Below, piece by piece: positions 29,842 through 37,876 of a stretch of DNA of 64,000 nt. The DNA is taken from the IMG/VR virus record IMGVR_UViG_3300045988_138996, positions 160,001-224,000 of that record; one strand, given 5' to 3'. The position numbers and the translations under genes are program-made. Positions within the stretch are counted from its first letter, which is position 1. Each line of letters begins with the position of its first letter. The notes below the pieces were generated by a model. It saw only the letters and a list, made by a program, of their open reading frames with translations, ran no database searches and was not told the DNA's origin. The stretch is from a virus.

Positions 29842-30219
29842 ATGAAATATCCACGAGCCGCTATGGTTCATAAATTTTTATTTATGATGCTAGTTGAACT
29901 AGCTCCTTATACTCGAGGCTCTCTCGATTTTTTACATGTATCGAACGAAGCTTTTCGTCTATTAATGAATATCGTAAGAGACGAACATAATATATCGTTG
30001 TATAACGAAATGCGATCGTACTCTTTAGATTATCAAGGTCTTATCGATAGAGAACATAATAATTATAATATCTTAGGCGAGCGAATTAAAGTTCTTATTA
30101 TGATGATTGTTAATTCGTTCTATATGTTTAATAAATGTGATGAACGATATTTTAATCTTTATAAAGATAAAATAAGAGGAGTACGAAATGTTAAATTCTT
30201 TAGATATACGCAATATTGA
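29842..30219 (+). CDS. family-C paralog 1 (hypothetical)
   Basis: 125-aa ORF after GGAGGAAA. First of seven similar-sized tandem ORFs. Confidence 0.55.
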   Translation: MKYPRAAMVHKFLFMMLVELAPYTRGSLDFLHVSNEAFRLLMNIVRDEHNISLYNEMRSYSLDYQGLIDREHNNYNILGERIKVLIMMIVNSFYMFNKCDERYFNLYKDKIRGVRNVKFFRYTQY

Positions 30220-30562
30220 GAATTTTAAGCTCGATATCATTCATTATATTGCCACTATTGTGGATAAAACCTGGTGGACCTCTAAACATTTTAATCAAAG
30301 ATATTATGAAGTGGCCGATATCTATAATATATCGGTTCTTGCGCTTGCTGATTTTAAGGGTGGCGATTATTTAAAACTTGGATTCATTAGTTATACTTCT
30401 ATTTATTATTATATTATAGATTGTAGTAATAAAAAGATGCTCACCGAGTGCGAGAAGAAATATATCGAACTTAGTATTTTATATTATAATAAATATCGAC
30501 AAGATAAAGATTTAACAGGTATAATAATTAAACAAATGAGGTTAGATAATGGACTATTATGA
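30188..30562 (+). CDS. family-C paralog 2 (hypothetical)
   Basis: LDIIHYIATIVDKTWWTSKHFNQRYYEVADIYNISVLALADF aligns with paralogs 3 and 6. Confidence 0.55.
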   Translation: MLNSLDIRNIENFKLDIIHYIATIVDKTWWTSKHFNQRYYEVADIYNISVLALADFKGGDYLKLGFISYTSIYYYIIDCSNKKMLTECEKKYIELSILYYNKYRQDKDLTGIIIKQMRLDNGLL

Positions 30563-30920
30563 AACTAGAGTATCTCTAATATTTTATTTATACGAAATGG
30601 TCGATAAGGATTCTTGGCGGCTTAATAATAGTTTAAATAAATTTAGAGTTGTATCTGATTTATATAGAATATTATTGGATGTGTTATCCGAGTTCGTTAA
30701 TGTGCGTTATGGTAATCTTAGCGATGCAAATGAAGAAGACGTAAGAGAAGTTATTACCGACAGCGCCTACTGCTCCTTGTCAAAATTCAAAGACGAAAAA
30801 GCACTTCGTTATATAAAAATTACGTATCTATTATATAATAATATTCGCGATCTGCCATGGAACTTATCCGATAAAATTTGTAAAACTATACGAGAAGGAA
30901 AATATGAATGCCAAAAATAG
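30549..30920 (+). CDS. family-C paralog 3 (hypothetical)
   Basis: VSLIFYLYEMVDKDSWRLNNSLNKFRVVSDLYRILLDVLSEF. Confidence 0.55.
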   Translation: MDYYETRVSLIFYLYEMVDKDSWRLNNSLNKFRVVSDLYRILLDVLSEFVNVRYGNLSDANEEDVREVITDSAYCSLSKFKDEKALRYIKITYLLYNNIRDLPWNLSDKICKTIREGKYECQK

Positions 30921-31245
30921 AACGATAGCCGTACTTAAATATATTAATTCTATAGAATCAGCTAAATCTCGGTATATAAATAATGCTTCTGAAAATATAG
31001 TCTGTACTATTTATTATATTTATAAAGATATAATAAGAGAATTATCGCCGGGTCATCACGTATTAAAAAACGTTAGTTCTATTAGAGCTCATGTTTTAAT
31101 ACAACAAGATACAAGCTACGCTTTACCGGAAAAATATCGTAAGTTAATTACGTTAATTTCTTTTTATTATCGTCCAGGGTCATTTTTTCCTCTTGTCGAA
31201 ATGATAATAGAACGAAGTAAAAATTTGTTTGGAGGAAAGTTATAG
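30904..31245 (+). CDS. family-C paralog 4 (hypothetical)
   Basis: RTIAVLKYINSIESAKSRYINNASENIVCTIYYIYKDIIRELSP aligns with paralogs 5 and 7. Confidence 0.55.
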   Translation: MNAKNRTIAVLKYINSIESAKSRYINNASENIVCTIYYIYKDIIRELSPGHHVLKNVSSIRAHVLIQQDTSYALPEKYRKLITLISFYYRPGSFFPLVEMIIERSKNLFGGKL

Positions 31246-31596
31246 ATGGATAGACAAAAGGAACTTGTCGAATATATATATAAACTTATTAATTCTAATT
31301 TTCGATATAGAAAATATAAGATACACGATAAGACTTTCGTCGTTCATTTTGTTTATAATTTATTCTATGCTATATTTAAAGCATCTTATCCGAGAGATAG
31401 AATACAACCAATTGCGTCGAAATTTCATTTTAATCTCGTTATGTCTCATAAAGCAAAAAATGCATATTATCCGTCTAAAAAAGAAAAGAAGATAATAAAC
31501 GTTGCATTATTTAATTATAACGCAACTGAATATAATAATTCTAAGTTAAAAGATCTTGTCGATCTGGCTCAGCATTATATGGAGAAATTTAAATAA
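31246..31596 (+). CDS. family-C paralog 5 (hypothetical)
   Basis: KELVEYIYKLINSNFRYRKYKIHDKTFVVHFVYNLFYAIFKASYP. Confidence 0.55.
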   Translation: MDRQKELVEYIYKLINSNFRYRKYKIHDKTFVVHFVYNLFYAIFKASYPRDRIQPIASKFHFNLVMSHKAKNAYYPSKKEKKIINVALFNYNATEYNNSKLKDLVDLAQHYMEKFK

Positions 31597-32018
31597 TGAG
31601 TATTACTAAATATTTTAACGAAGAAGAATATGTTACACATTGTGCTAAGCTAAAAGAAGATATGATACTTTATATAAATCAGTTTCTTCACTCAAATCAT
31701 TGGAGGATGAATTATCCATCAGATCATTACGTTATGATATCTGATATATATAATATAGCACATCCTTTATTATACGATTTTAAAGATAATTGGCACGATC
31801 ATTTATCTGATACTAACTTTGTCGAAGTTAGTGAATATGCTAAATATTTTAAAAGTCGGATACCGTTAGCCGACGATGTTAAAGTTTTCATTCAGATCGT
31901 TATATTATATTATTTTAAACATTTCGAAAATTCTAATTTTATGATTATATATAATAAGATACTCGATGACATGTGTGAATTTTATGATACGTCAGTAGTA
32001 TTGAGTAAAAGGATTTAA
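31596..32018 (+). CDS. family-C paralog 6 (hypothetical)
   Basis: EDMILYINQFLHSNHWRMNYPSDHYVMISDIYNIAHPLLYDF. Confidence 0.55.
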   Translation: MSITKYFNEEEYVTHCAKLKEDMILYINQFLHSNHWRMNYPSDHYVMISDIYNIAHPLLYDFKDNWHDHLSDTNFVEVSEYAKYFKSRIPLADDVKVFIQIVILYYFKHFENSNFMIIYNKILDDMCEFYDTSVVLSKRI

Positions 32019-32021
32019 ATA

Positions 32022-32381
32022 ATGACTGTAATGAACGGCGCTCGAGAAATCAAGATAGTACTCTTTATACGCAAATTAATTAAGGAGCACAAAAAATACA
32101 TTAATTATCGCATCAGCGACGAAGGATTTATTGTTTTCATGGTGTTTAATTATTATTATGAGGTCATGAAACGGATTCATCCTAAAGCACAAGTATGGCA
32201 GCTAAAAAATACATTCGATGTATGTACCGTTATGCGACATAAGAAAATAAAATATAAACTAAGTAAAGAAGATAAACGATGTATTCTTATAGCATTTCAT
32301 CTGTTTAATCGCATAGAATATAATAAAACATTAGTCGATAATGTTATTGCTAATTTATTTAAGCTAAGAGAATATCATTAA
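32022..32381 (+). CDS. family-C paralog 7 (hypothetical)
   Basis: EIKIVLFIRKLIKEHKKYINYRISDEGFIVFMVFNYYYEVMKRIHP. Confidence 0.55.
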   Translation: MTVMNGAREIKIVLFIRKLIKEHKKYINYRISDEGFIVFMVFNYYYEVMKRIHPKAQVWQLKNTFDVCTVMRHKKIKYKLSKEDKRCILIAFHLFNRIEYNKTLVDNVIANLFKLREYH

Positions 32382-32410
32382 CCCGTAGCAACCTGTAGCT
32401 GCGGGTTTTC
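32381..32410 (+). terminator. rho-independent terminator
   Basis: ACCCGTAGC-AACCTGTA-GCTGCGGGT (one G.U pair) followed by TTTCTT. Marks the start of the G+C-richer island. Confidence 0.6.
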
Positions 32411-32807
32411 TTATATCTTATTATATCGTACATATATTCGCTATATAAGGGAAATTTTTGTGGTGTATATTTTTATAATGACGCGTTTTGTGTGATGTGT
32501 TTTTTATTTTTGTCTTTCTCTTTTTTTTGTTTTGTGTGAGGAAGGTTAGATTGTTAGGCAGTGGTTGTATTATCAATTATGCTTTGTAAATGAGAATGCT
32601 TATATAGGGCCAAATTTTGGTTTTGGATCAAAGGGGTAAGTGTTTTATATATAGGTGGCCTCGGAGCTAAAGTTCGCCCCCCCTGCTTTGATTCAGGGTG
32701 TTATTTGATGGAGAGCTTGGCCTCGAGACCGTACAGACATACATAATGATGTCTGCCATTTAATTATTAGTCTTGGGAAGACGTTAAAAGCAACCAGGAG
32801 GATTATT

Positions 32808-33086
32808 ATGAAAAAGACAGTAGCAACAGTAATGGTAGCAACAGTAGTAGGAATGACAATGTGGTTTGCAACACCAGTTGCACCAGATCACTACGAAATG
32901 CATGTTGTTAAAGGAGGTGAAACTATTACAAGCATCATAGAAGATGCTAATCGTAACACGGATGTCAACTATGACATTCGCGAAGCTGTTGCAACATCTG
33001 TTGCTAAATCAGCTAAGATGGAAGGAGGAGTGACAAGCAGATCAATCCATCCAGGAGAAAAGATTGCTGTTCCTATCTACAAGTAA
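32808..33086 (+). CDS. membrane-anchored LysM-like protein (YneA-like architecture)
   Basis: RBS AGGAGG. N-terminal TM segment VATVMVATVVGMTMWF. LysM-like HVVKGGETITSII...IHPGEKIAVPI. Confidence 0.5.
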   Translation: MKKTVATVMVATVVGMTMWFATPVAPDHYEMHVVKGGETITSIIEDANRNTDVNYDIREAVATSVAKSAKMEGGVTSRSIHPGEKIAVPIYK

Positions 33087-33172
33087 TTAGATAGGCTCAG
33101 TAACATAGTCCAGCTGTATGACTATAAACTATAGTAATGTATATCATTGTATGTCATAAGGAGGAAAAGATC

Positions 33173-33607
33173 ATGACAACAACAACTTATTTAAATTTAG
33201 AAACATTGGCAATCGAAACAAAGAATAGTGCAAGAGATTATATGGATCTCTTAGACTCTGCTCAAAAGTATTATGCCAAGAAAGGCATAAGAACTATGAA
33301 AGGAAGAATAGGAGATGTATGTTTCTTGCAAGAAAGGGAATGTAGGAATGTTCTTATGCTTGCAACAATGGATGGTCATACAAAATGTGACCTTAAAACA
33401 GTAACAGACAAGATTATGTCACTGCCTTACTATGCTGTAGCACGAGGCTATATGCCGGGTGTATTCCGCACATGGTCTCAGTGCAAAGATTCTACAGACG
33501 GTTTTACCGGCAGAAAGTACAAAAAATTTGCCGGTAGAGAAGCTGCCATCCAGTTTATGATAGATAACAATGCTCCATTAGTGAGCTATGATTATCTAAC
33601 AAAATAA
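33173..33607 (+). CDS. protein with C-terminal RNase H1 N-terminal (hybrid-binding / Cauli_VI) domain
   Basis: RBS AAGGAGGAA. YYAVARGYMPGVFRTWSQCKDSTDGFTGRKYKKFAGREAAIQFM (nt 33428-33559) fits the FYAVxxGxxxGIYxxWxxxxxxVxGxxxAxYKxFxxxxEAxxF signature. Confidence 0.65.
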   Translation: MTTTTYLNLETLAIETKNSARDYMDLLDSAQKYYAKKGIRTMKGRIGDVCFLQERECRNVLMLATMDGHTKCDLKTVTDKIMSLPYYAVARGYMPGVFRTWSQCKDSTDGFTGRKYKKFAGREAAIQFMIDNNAPLVSYDYLTK

Positions 33608-33631
33608 TTGTTTTTAGAGGAGGAATTCAAA

Positions 33632-34672
33632 ATGAAAAGTATGTTAGAATTAAAGAAAGCATTTGCAGCAACAAAAAAAGTTAATAATAGTGGTGATTGG
33701 TTGCAACATAAAGCAACTCTTCAAGAATTAAAAACAGCTAATATTAGATGTCTAATTATTAGCGAAGAATCTTGCATTCTCGATGTAGTTGGCGCAAATG
33801 TAACTGGTGCCATTACAATGGAAGATGTTAAAGAATCCGCTGTTGTAGTTAAGGGCAAAGGCGTTAATTTCGATGGAGACTATCGATTGACAGAAAAGTC
33901 GATGGCCAACGTCGAAAACATTATTGATGATCTTTTGCTTATTGTAGGGAACTTCAAAGAGAAAGAAGATGCATGTAATTCTTTTACATTTGAAGGAGAT
34001 GTATATGTACCAATCTCTTTATCGGCAAGTGCGTTAAGACAAGGAAAACGCTTTGCTGTTAAAGAAGAATTGTTAGATAAATGGTTAACCAAATTGAAAA
34101 AAGTTAACCATGGTATTGGTAGCTTTGAAGGAGAAAAGACTCTTAAGGTCGGAAAGGCGACTAAACTTTCTACATATGGCAACTTATGGTCTGCCAACGG
34201 TAAAGAATTCGTTGTCGACCTTAACGAATATTGCTTCATGATATTTGATAACATGGCAATATTCGGTACAGAAGATAACATGGATGGTCAATCATATCAT
34301 TCGCATTATGATTTTTGCGAGTTATATGGCTGTCCAAAAGATAAACCATTATATCTACAGGCTCGTGTTTCCGGATGTACTAAAACTGGTAGTTTGCCAG
34401 TTAAAAATATGTCCGGATTTTGGGCATTGGCAGCAGAGTGCAAACAATACTCTGTAATGTCTCTGTCTGAAGTAGACAGAGACTATTCTGGTGAAGAACC
34501 AGCTGTATGGATTGTCGGTAATCCATGCGGCAAATTATTATATGTAACCGATTTTAACGGCTTTAAAGCCGTCCCAGGTTACATAGATCCGAAGGAGAAC
34601 ACATTTAAAGTTCTTCAGATTATTGAATCGACGCAAGCAAAAGTGTCGAGTCAATTGATTCAACACATTTAA
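33632..34672 (+). CDS. candidate beta-like (lysine-bearing barrel) subunit of a split two-barrel RNA polymerase
   Basis: RBS AGAGGAGGAA. MDGQSYHSHYDFCELYG...LYLQARVSGCTKTGSLPV resembles the DGxGxIS...FQIRYGGYKGV signature of RdRP/YonO-type enzymes. Adjacent to the DFDTD-bearing gene. Confidence 0.45.
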   Translation: MKSMLELKKAFAATKKVNNSGDWLQHKATLQELKTANIRCLIISEESCILDVVGANVTGAITMEDVKESAVVVKGKGVNFDGDYRLTEKSMANVENIIDDLLLIVGNFKEKEDACNSFTFEGDVYVPISLSASALRQGKRFAVKEELLDKWLTKLKKVNHGIGSFEGEKTLKVGKATKLSTYGNLWSANGKEFVVDLNEYCFMIFDNMAIFGTEDNMDGQSYHSHYDFCELYGCPKDKPLYLQARVSGCTKTGSLPVKNMSGFWALAAECKQYSVMSLSEVDRDYSGEEPAVWIVGNPCGKLLYVTDFNGFKAVPGYIDPKENTFKVLQIIESTQAKVSSQLIQHI

Positions 34673-34697
34673 TTTAAATAATAAGAGGAGAATAATC

Positions 34698-35867
34698 ATG
34701 AAAAAACAATATCTAGTAGAAAAATTAACAAAAGAAACTGTTAAACAATTTGAGTCCTACACTGAGGGCTCATTTGGAGGCACTGGTATAGATGCCGCCA
34801 TTCTTGCTGATGGTAGAGTTGCATATGATAAATATGTATTCTCTGCTAAAGCAAATAGCTTAGCAAAGAACATGAGCAAAGTAATTAAGTCTTTAAAGAT
34901 GTCTGGAGATTCTGACTCCAGATATCTTAGAGGTGCAGGTGATACTGTATGGATGTTTTCTCAAGGCATTCTTGCAGATGATGAAGTATTGGTAACAAAT
35001 AAACGTTTGTTGCAACATGGCGAAGCATATGTTGTACGTTTCCCTCATAGCGCAAGAAGTGAATTTGCACACGTTCGTATGCTCGGCAAAGCTGAGTATA
35101 TCGAACGTATTGAAGAAAGCGACTTAAAGCCCGCATTTAAGATGTTGGCAATTGAAGTTGCTAAAAGCTTACCAGAAACAACTTTCTTATGTTCTGGTAG
35201 TTCTGTATTTAAAGGTTTAACTGGTGGATCTGATTTCGATACAGATGGCTTTATGTTCCTAGTTGGCGAGGATGCTCAAATCTTCGCTGACTGGAAACAA
35301 AGATCTGTCGATATTCCAGACGATATCGGTGAAGCTTCTTCTGTTACTTTTAATAATTTCTCTGAGCTAATGGAAGGCGTATTTAACGCTAACATTAGTA
35401 CAGGTAACACAGACGTTGGTGAGTTTTGTGTCGCGACAAGCACAGCAATCACAGTATTGCAAAACTTGGACAATGCAGAACTTATTAAAAAATTGCAAGA
35501 AAACATTGCTAAAGAATTTGGTAATGAATTCGATGGCAACGTAGAATATTCTCGTTATTATGTTGGTGATGAAGATATTGCAATGGAGGACGTGCGTAAT
35601 GCTAAAATTGAAAGCATTACAATGTCTTTCGTTGCGTCTGATCGCAGTGCAGAATCTATTAAAGCATATTTAGAAGATGTGCTAGAAGCTGCACCTGCAG
35701 TAATTGGCATGATTATAGATAGTGCTAAAACAGGCTTAAAGGTGTGGGATCCATTAAGCTTCTTGTTCGACGGCATCAAACAAGCACGTCGATCTGCTCC
35801 TCCTAAAATTAAGTGGAACGAAGAAGAATCTAAATTCTTCGTAGAGGAGGATAGCAGAGTTAAATAA
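34698..35867 (+). CDS. candidate catalytic (beta-prime-like DPBB, DxDxD) subunit of a split two-barrel RNA polymerase
   Basis: RBS AAGAGGAG. YVVRFPHSARSEFAHVRMLG, then FLCSGSSVFKGLTGGSDFDTDGFMFLVGED. Compare NPCLHPGDVRVL and SGSDLDGDxYFVxWD (RdRP), NRxPTLHR and NADFDGD (beta-prime). Confidence 0.55.
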   Translation: MKKQYLVEKLTKETVKQFESYTEGSFGGTGIDAAILADGRVAYDKYVFSAKANSLAKNMSKVIKSLKMSGDSDSRYLRGAGDTVWMFSQGILADDEVLVTNKRLLQHGEAYVVRFPHSARSEFAHVRMLGKAEYIERIEESDLKPAFKMLAIEVAKSLPETTFLCSGSSVFKGLTGGSDFDTDGFMFLVGEDAQIFADWKQRSVDIPDDIGEASSVTFNNFSELMEGVFNANISTGNTDVGEFCVATSTAITVLQNLDNAELIKKLQENIAKEFGNEFDGNVEYSRYYVGDEDIAMEDVRNAKIESITMSFVASDRSAESIKAYLEDVLEAAPAVIGMIIDSAKTGLKVWDPLSFLFDGIKQARRSAPPKIKWNEEESKFFVEEDSRVK

Positions 35868-35913
35868 TTAATTCATTGTGCGACCGACACGTTAATCCGG
35901 CAAGGAGTTCAAA

Positions 35914-36873
35914 ATGAAAAAACAACAAGAGGTTATTTATTTAAAAGATACAATGTACGAATTACAGTTAGAGGCTGCAGTTCGTGCAGTAGAGGAAATT
36001 AATGTTGTACTAGAAGCTAATGGTATCGCAGGTAATATTGAAAAGTTGCCAGCTAAAGGCTTCTTTGATACATACAACAAAATCTGCGCAGATTTGAGCA
36101 AGTCCGAATCTATCGATATCAAAGGCTTAGATATCGAAGGTAACTTTAGCAAAGCTAAAGAATACATTGCGAACACTATTCGCATGTATTTAGGCGATGC
36201 GGAAGACAAATATGAAGCCGCTAAAAACAGTGGCTTCAATTTTGCCAGCTCTGTATTAGAGTACGAGCTTGTAATGAACAGTATCACAAGTGGTGCTATC
36301 TGGCGCAGAAAAAATGGGGAACAAGATTTAGCAAGTTCTCCATTAATGAAAGACATCGATGTGTTCTGCATCGATCCTTCCAACAACAACATTCTTGACG
36401 GCGATCAAGTGGTGTTTGAAAACGGTCGTTCTTTAGATGGCCGTTTCTTCACATCTACTTCTGTTACTGGTGTGCAACCAGTGTTTAGAAGAGAAGATGG
36501 TGGTCTGTTCATCGTTGTTCATATTCTCGAAACATTAGAGGCGCCTACAGAAGAACCTATCTTCGCTGTTCGTAGTAGCGATAGTGAAAATGTATCCAAA
36601 AATATTTTCTTGGCGCAAGAAAAGGGTTATAAATTCTTCTTGCTTCCTAATAGTAAAGGGAAGCAAGGAGACGGTTTGTATGTAGAATCTATGAAAGAAG
36701 GCTCTGCAGGTAAACTTATTAAGATCATCTCCTGTGAAATTGTAGGAGATAAAACTTTTATTTCTCACTTCTGTGGCGAAGTAAAAGTTGACGATGTGTT
36801 ATTCAACGTAATTAAGAAAGATGGTTACGGTGAAGATATTAAGTCTGCCACATTGTTGTTACGTAAAGCATAG
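35914..36873 (+). CDS. hypothetical protein, possible third subunit or accessory of the polymerase
   Basis: 319-aa ORF with RBS AAGGAG, co-directional and adjacent. No motif recognised. Confidence 0.5.
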   Translation: MKKQQEVIYLKDTMYELQLEAAVRAVEEINVVLEANGIAGNIEKLPAKGFFDTYNKICADLSKSESIDIKGLDIEGNFSKAKEYIANTIRMYLGDAEDKYEAAKNSGFNFASSVLEYELVMNSITSGAIWRRKNGEQDLASSPLMKDIDVFCIDPSNNNILDGDQVVFENGRSLDGRFFTSTSVTGVQPVFRREDGGLFIVVHILETLEAPTEEPIFAVRSSDSENVSKNIFLAQEKGYKFFLLPNSKGKQGDGLYVESMKEGSAGKLIKIISCEIVGDKTFISHFCGEVKVDDVLFNVIKKDGYGEDIKSATLLLRKA

Positions 36874-36943
36874 TAGCAGATCCCCCTTCGGGGCCCGCTA
36901 GGGATTAAGGCAAAGAATAATAAACATCTCTCTTCAATCCTTA

Positions 36944-36971
36944 ACGGTTGTCCCGTCTTTTTTATTTTTTT
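36944..36971 (+). terminator. weak terminator-like element
   Basis: ACGG-TTGTC-CCGT followed by CTTTTTTATTTTTTT. An upstream CCC-UUCG-GGG hairpin lies at 36884-36893. Confidence 0.4.
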
Positions 36972-37004
36972 ATAGGGCGTGAACTCTGCTATCTAAGGAT
37001 AGTA

Positions 37005-37022
37005 GGGCTCCGCTCCGAAATC
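37005..37022 (+). promoter_or_regulatory. TCC-loop hairpin motif, copy a (GGGC-TCC-GCTC-CGAAATC)
   Basis: Member of the 8-copy motif family. Intergenic, 80 nt upstream of ATG 37102. Confidence 0.6.
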
Positions 37023-37101
37023 TTTTACGAGGGTATTTGGCCCTCAGTATTTTATATTCATGGCGACCGTTCCATGTAAAAATACCGGCAGAGGAGATAT
37101 C

Positions 37102-37422
37102 ATGAAATTAGTATCTAATGTTAATTACAAAAAAAATGACGTATTCAACTTATTCGTTCTTTTAAATAAAATGGACGGATTTTTCGTCGGCGAGCCAATT
37201 GAAGGCATTCAAGCCGACGTAACTCAAATTTCCTTTGAAGATAACGATAATTTGTTTATCGTTATCGAAACATATTTCAACGGTAAAAAGTTGAGAACAT
37301 TTTATTTCGATTTCAGTGGCAAAGAAATTTCCACCGAAGTACGTACAGAGGACGTGACTATAGCGTCCAAAGTATTATCTCAATTAGAAGAAGACTTCGC
37401 AGATTACTGCGAAGAATTATAG
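37102..37422 (+). CDS. hypothetical protein
   Basis: Start at ATG 37102 after GAGGAG (MKLVSNV...). 106 aa. Confidence 0.55.
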   Translation: MKLVSNVNYKKNDVFNLFVLLNKMDGFFVGEPIEGIQADVTQISFEDNDNLFIVIETYFNGKKLRTFYFDFSGKEISTEVRTEDVTIASKVLSQLEEDFADYCEEL

Positions 37423-37434
37423 GAGGAATTTACC

Positions 37435-37806
37435 ATGAAATATAAATACGATGGTAAAAAATACTGTGTTTCTAATTTTCTGGATAATGATAATTTATTG
37501 TCTCGTCAAGTTTGGCACTCTTTGAGTGCTAAGCCTGGCGAAGGCAAAAATTTAACAGTTCAAAAAGTAAAGGAGCATACAGTTGTGTGCTCTTATTTCA
37601 CTTATGACAGAGGTGCTCAAGACTTTGTTGAAGTCATGGAAGAATACCCAATGGAAGATGTTGCTCTCACTGGAGATGCGGCAGTATCGTTAGAGTTTAA
37701 TAAGATATTAAGCTCTTTAAATACTGAAACAGCAGAATTATTAGAAGACTTAGTGTCTTATAAAGAACATTCTGCTGCTATAGCAGGATATAATGGCTGT
37801 ATTTAA
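37435..37806 (+). CDS. hypothetical protein
   Basis: 123-aa ORF after AGGAGGAA. Confidence 0.55.
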   Translation: MKYKYDGKKYCVSNFLDNDNLLSRQVWHSLSAKPGEGKNLTVQKVKEHTVVCSYFTYDRGAQDFVEVMEEYPMEDVALTGDAAVSLEFNKILSSLNTETAELLEDLVSYKEHSAAIAGYNGCI

Positions 37807-37812
37807 TATATT

Positions 37813-37863
37813 AAGCTTTAGTTATGGATTATATTATATCTGTAGCTAAAGCTTTATTTTTTT
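37813..37863 (+). terminator. rho-independent terminator
   Basis: AAGCTTTAGTTA ... TAGCTAAAGCTT forms a 12-bp stem with one G.U pair, followed by TATTTTTTT. Confidence 0.65.
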
Positions 37864-37876
37864 ATAAATATTGTTC

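Noticed and set aside
31229-31495. 88-aa + strand ORF overlapping family-C paralog 5 out of frame
   Set aside because: It is almost entirely contained in the better-supported 31246-31596 gene, which has an RBS and family similarity. Its translation is Ile/Leu/Arg-rich noise.
32474-32479. TATAAT hexamer in the 400-nt leader of the island
   Set aside because: There is no acceptable -35 at 16-18 nt and no TG extension. The true promoter for the 32808-36873 unit cannot be assigned from sequence alone.
33866-33880. A second DxDGD-like string (NFDGD in KGVNFDGDYRL) in the 33632 product
   Set aside because: It is tempting as a catalytic triad, but it lacks the flanking context (no upstream R-x-P-x-x-H-like strand, no preceding small-residue/Gly run). 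It also sits in the N-terminal 90 residues. I treat DFDTD in the next gene as the catalytic candidate and this one as probably coincidental.
33880-36768. Minus-strand ORFs 33880-34281 (133 aa), 34927-35136, 35276-35539, 35558-35779, 35937-36392 (151 aa) and 36535-36768
   Set aside because: All lie antisense within the well-supported + strand polymerase-candidate genes. They lack an RBS and have low-complexity translations. The higher G+C of the island simply lengthens chance antisense ORFs.
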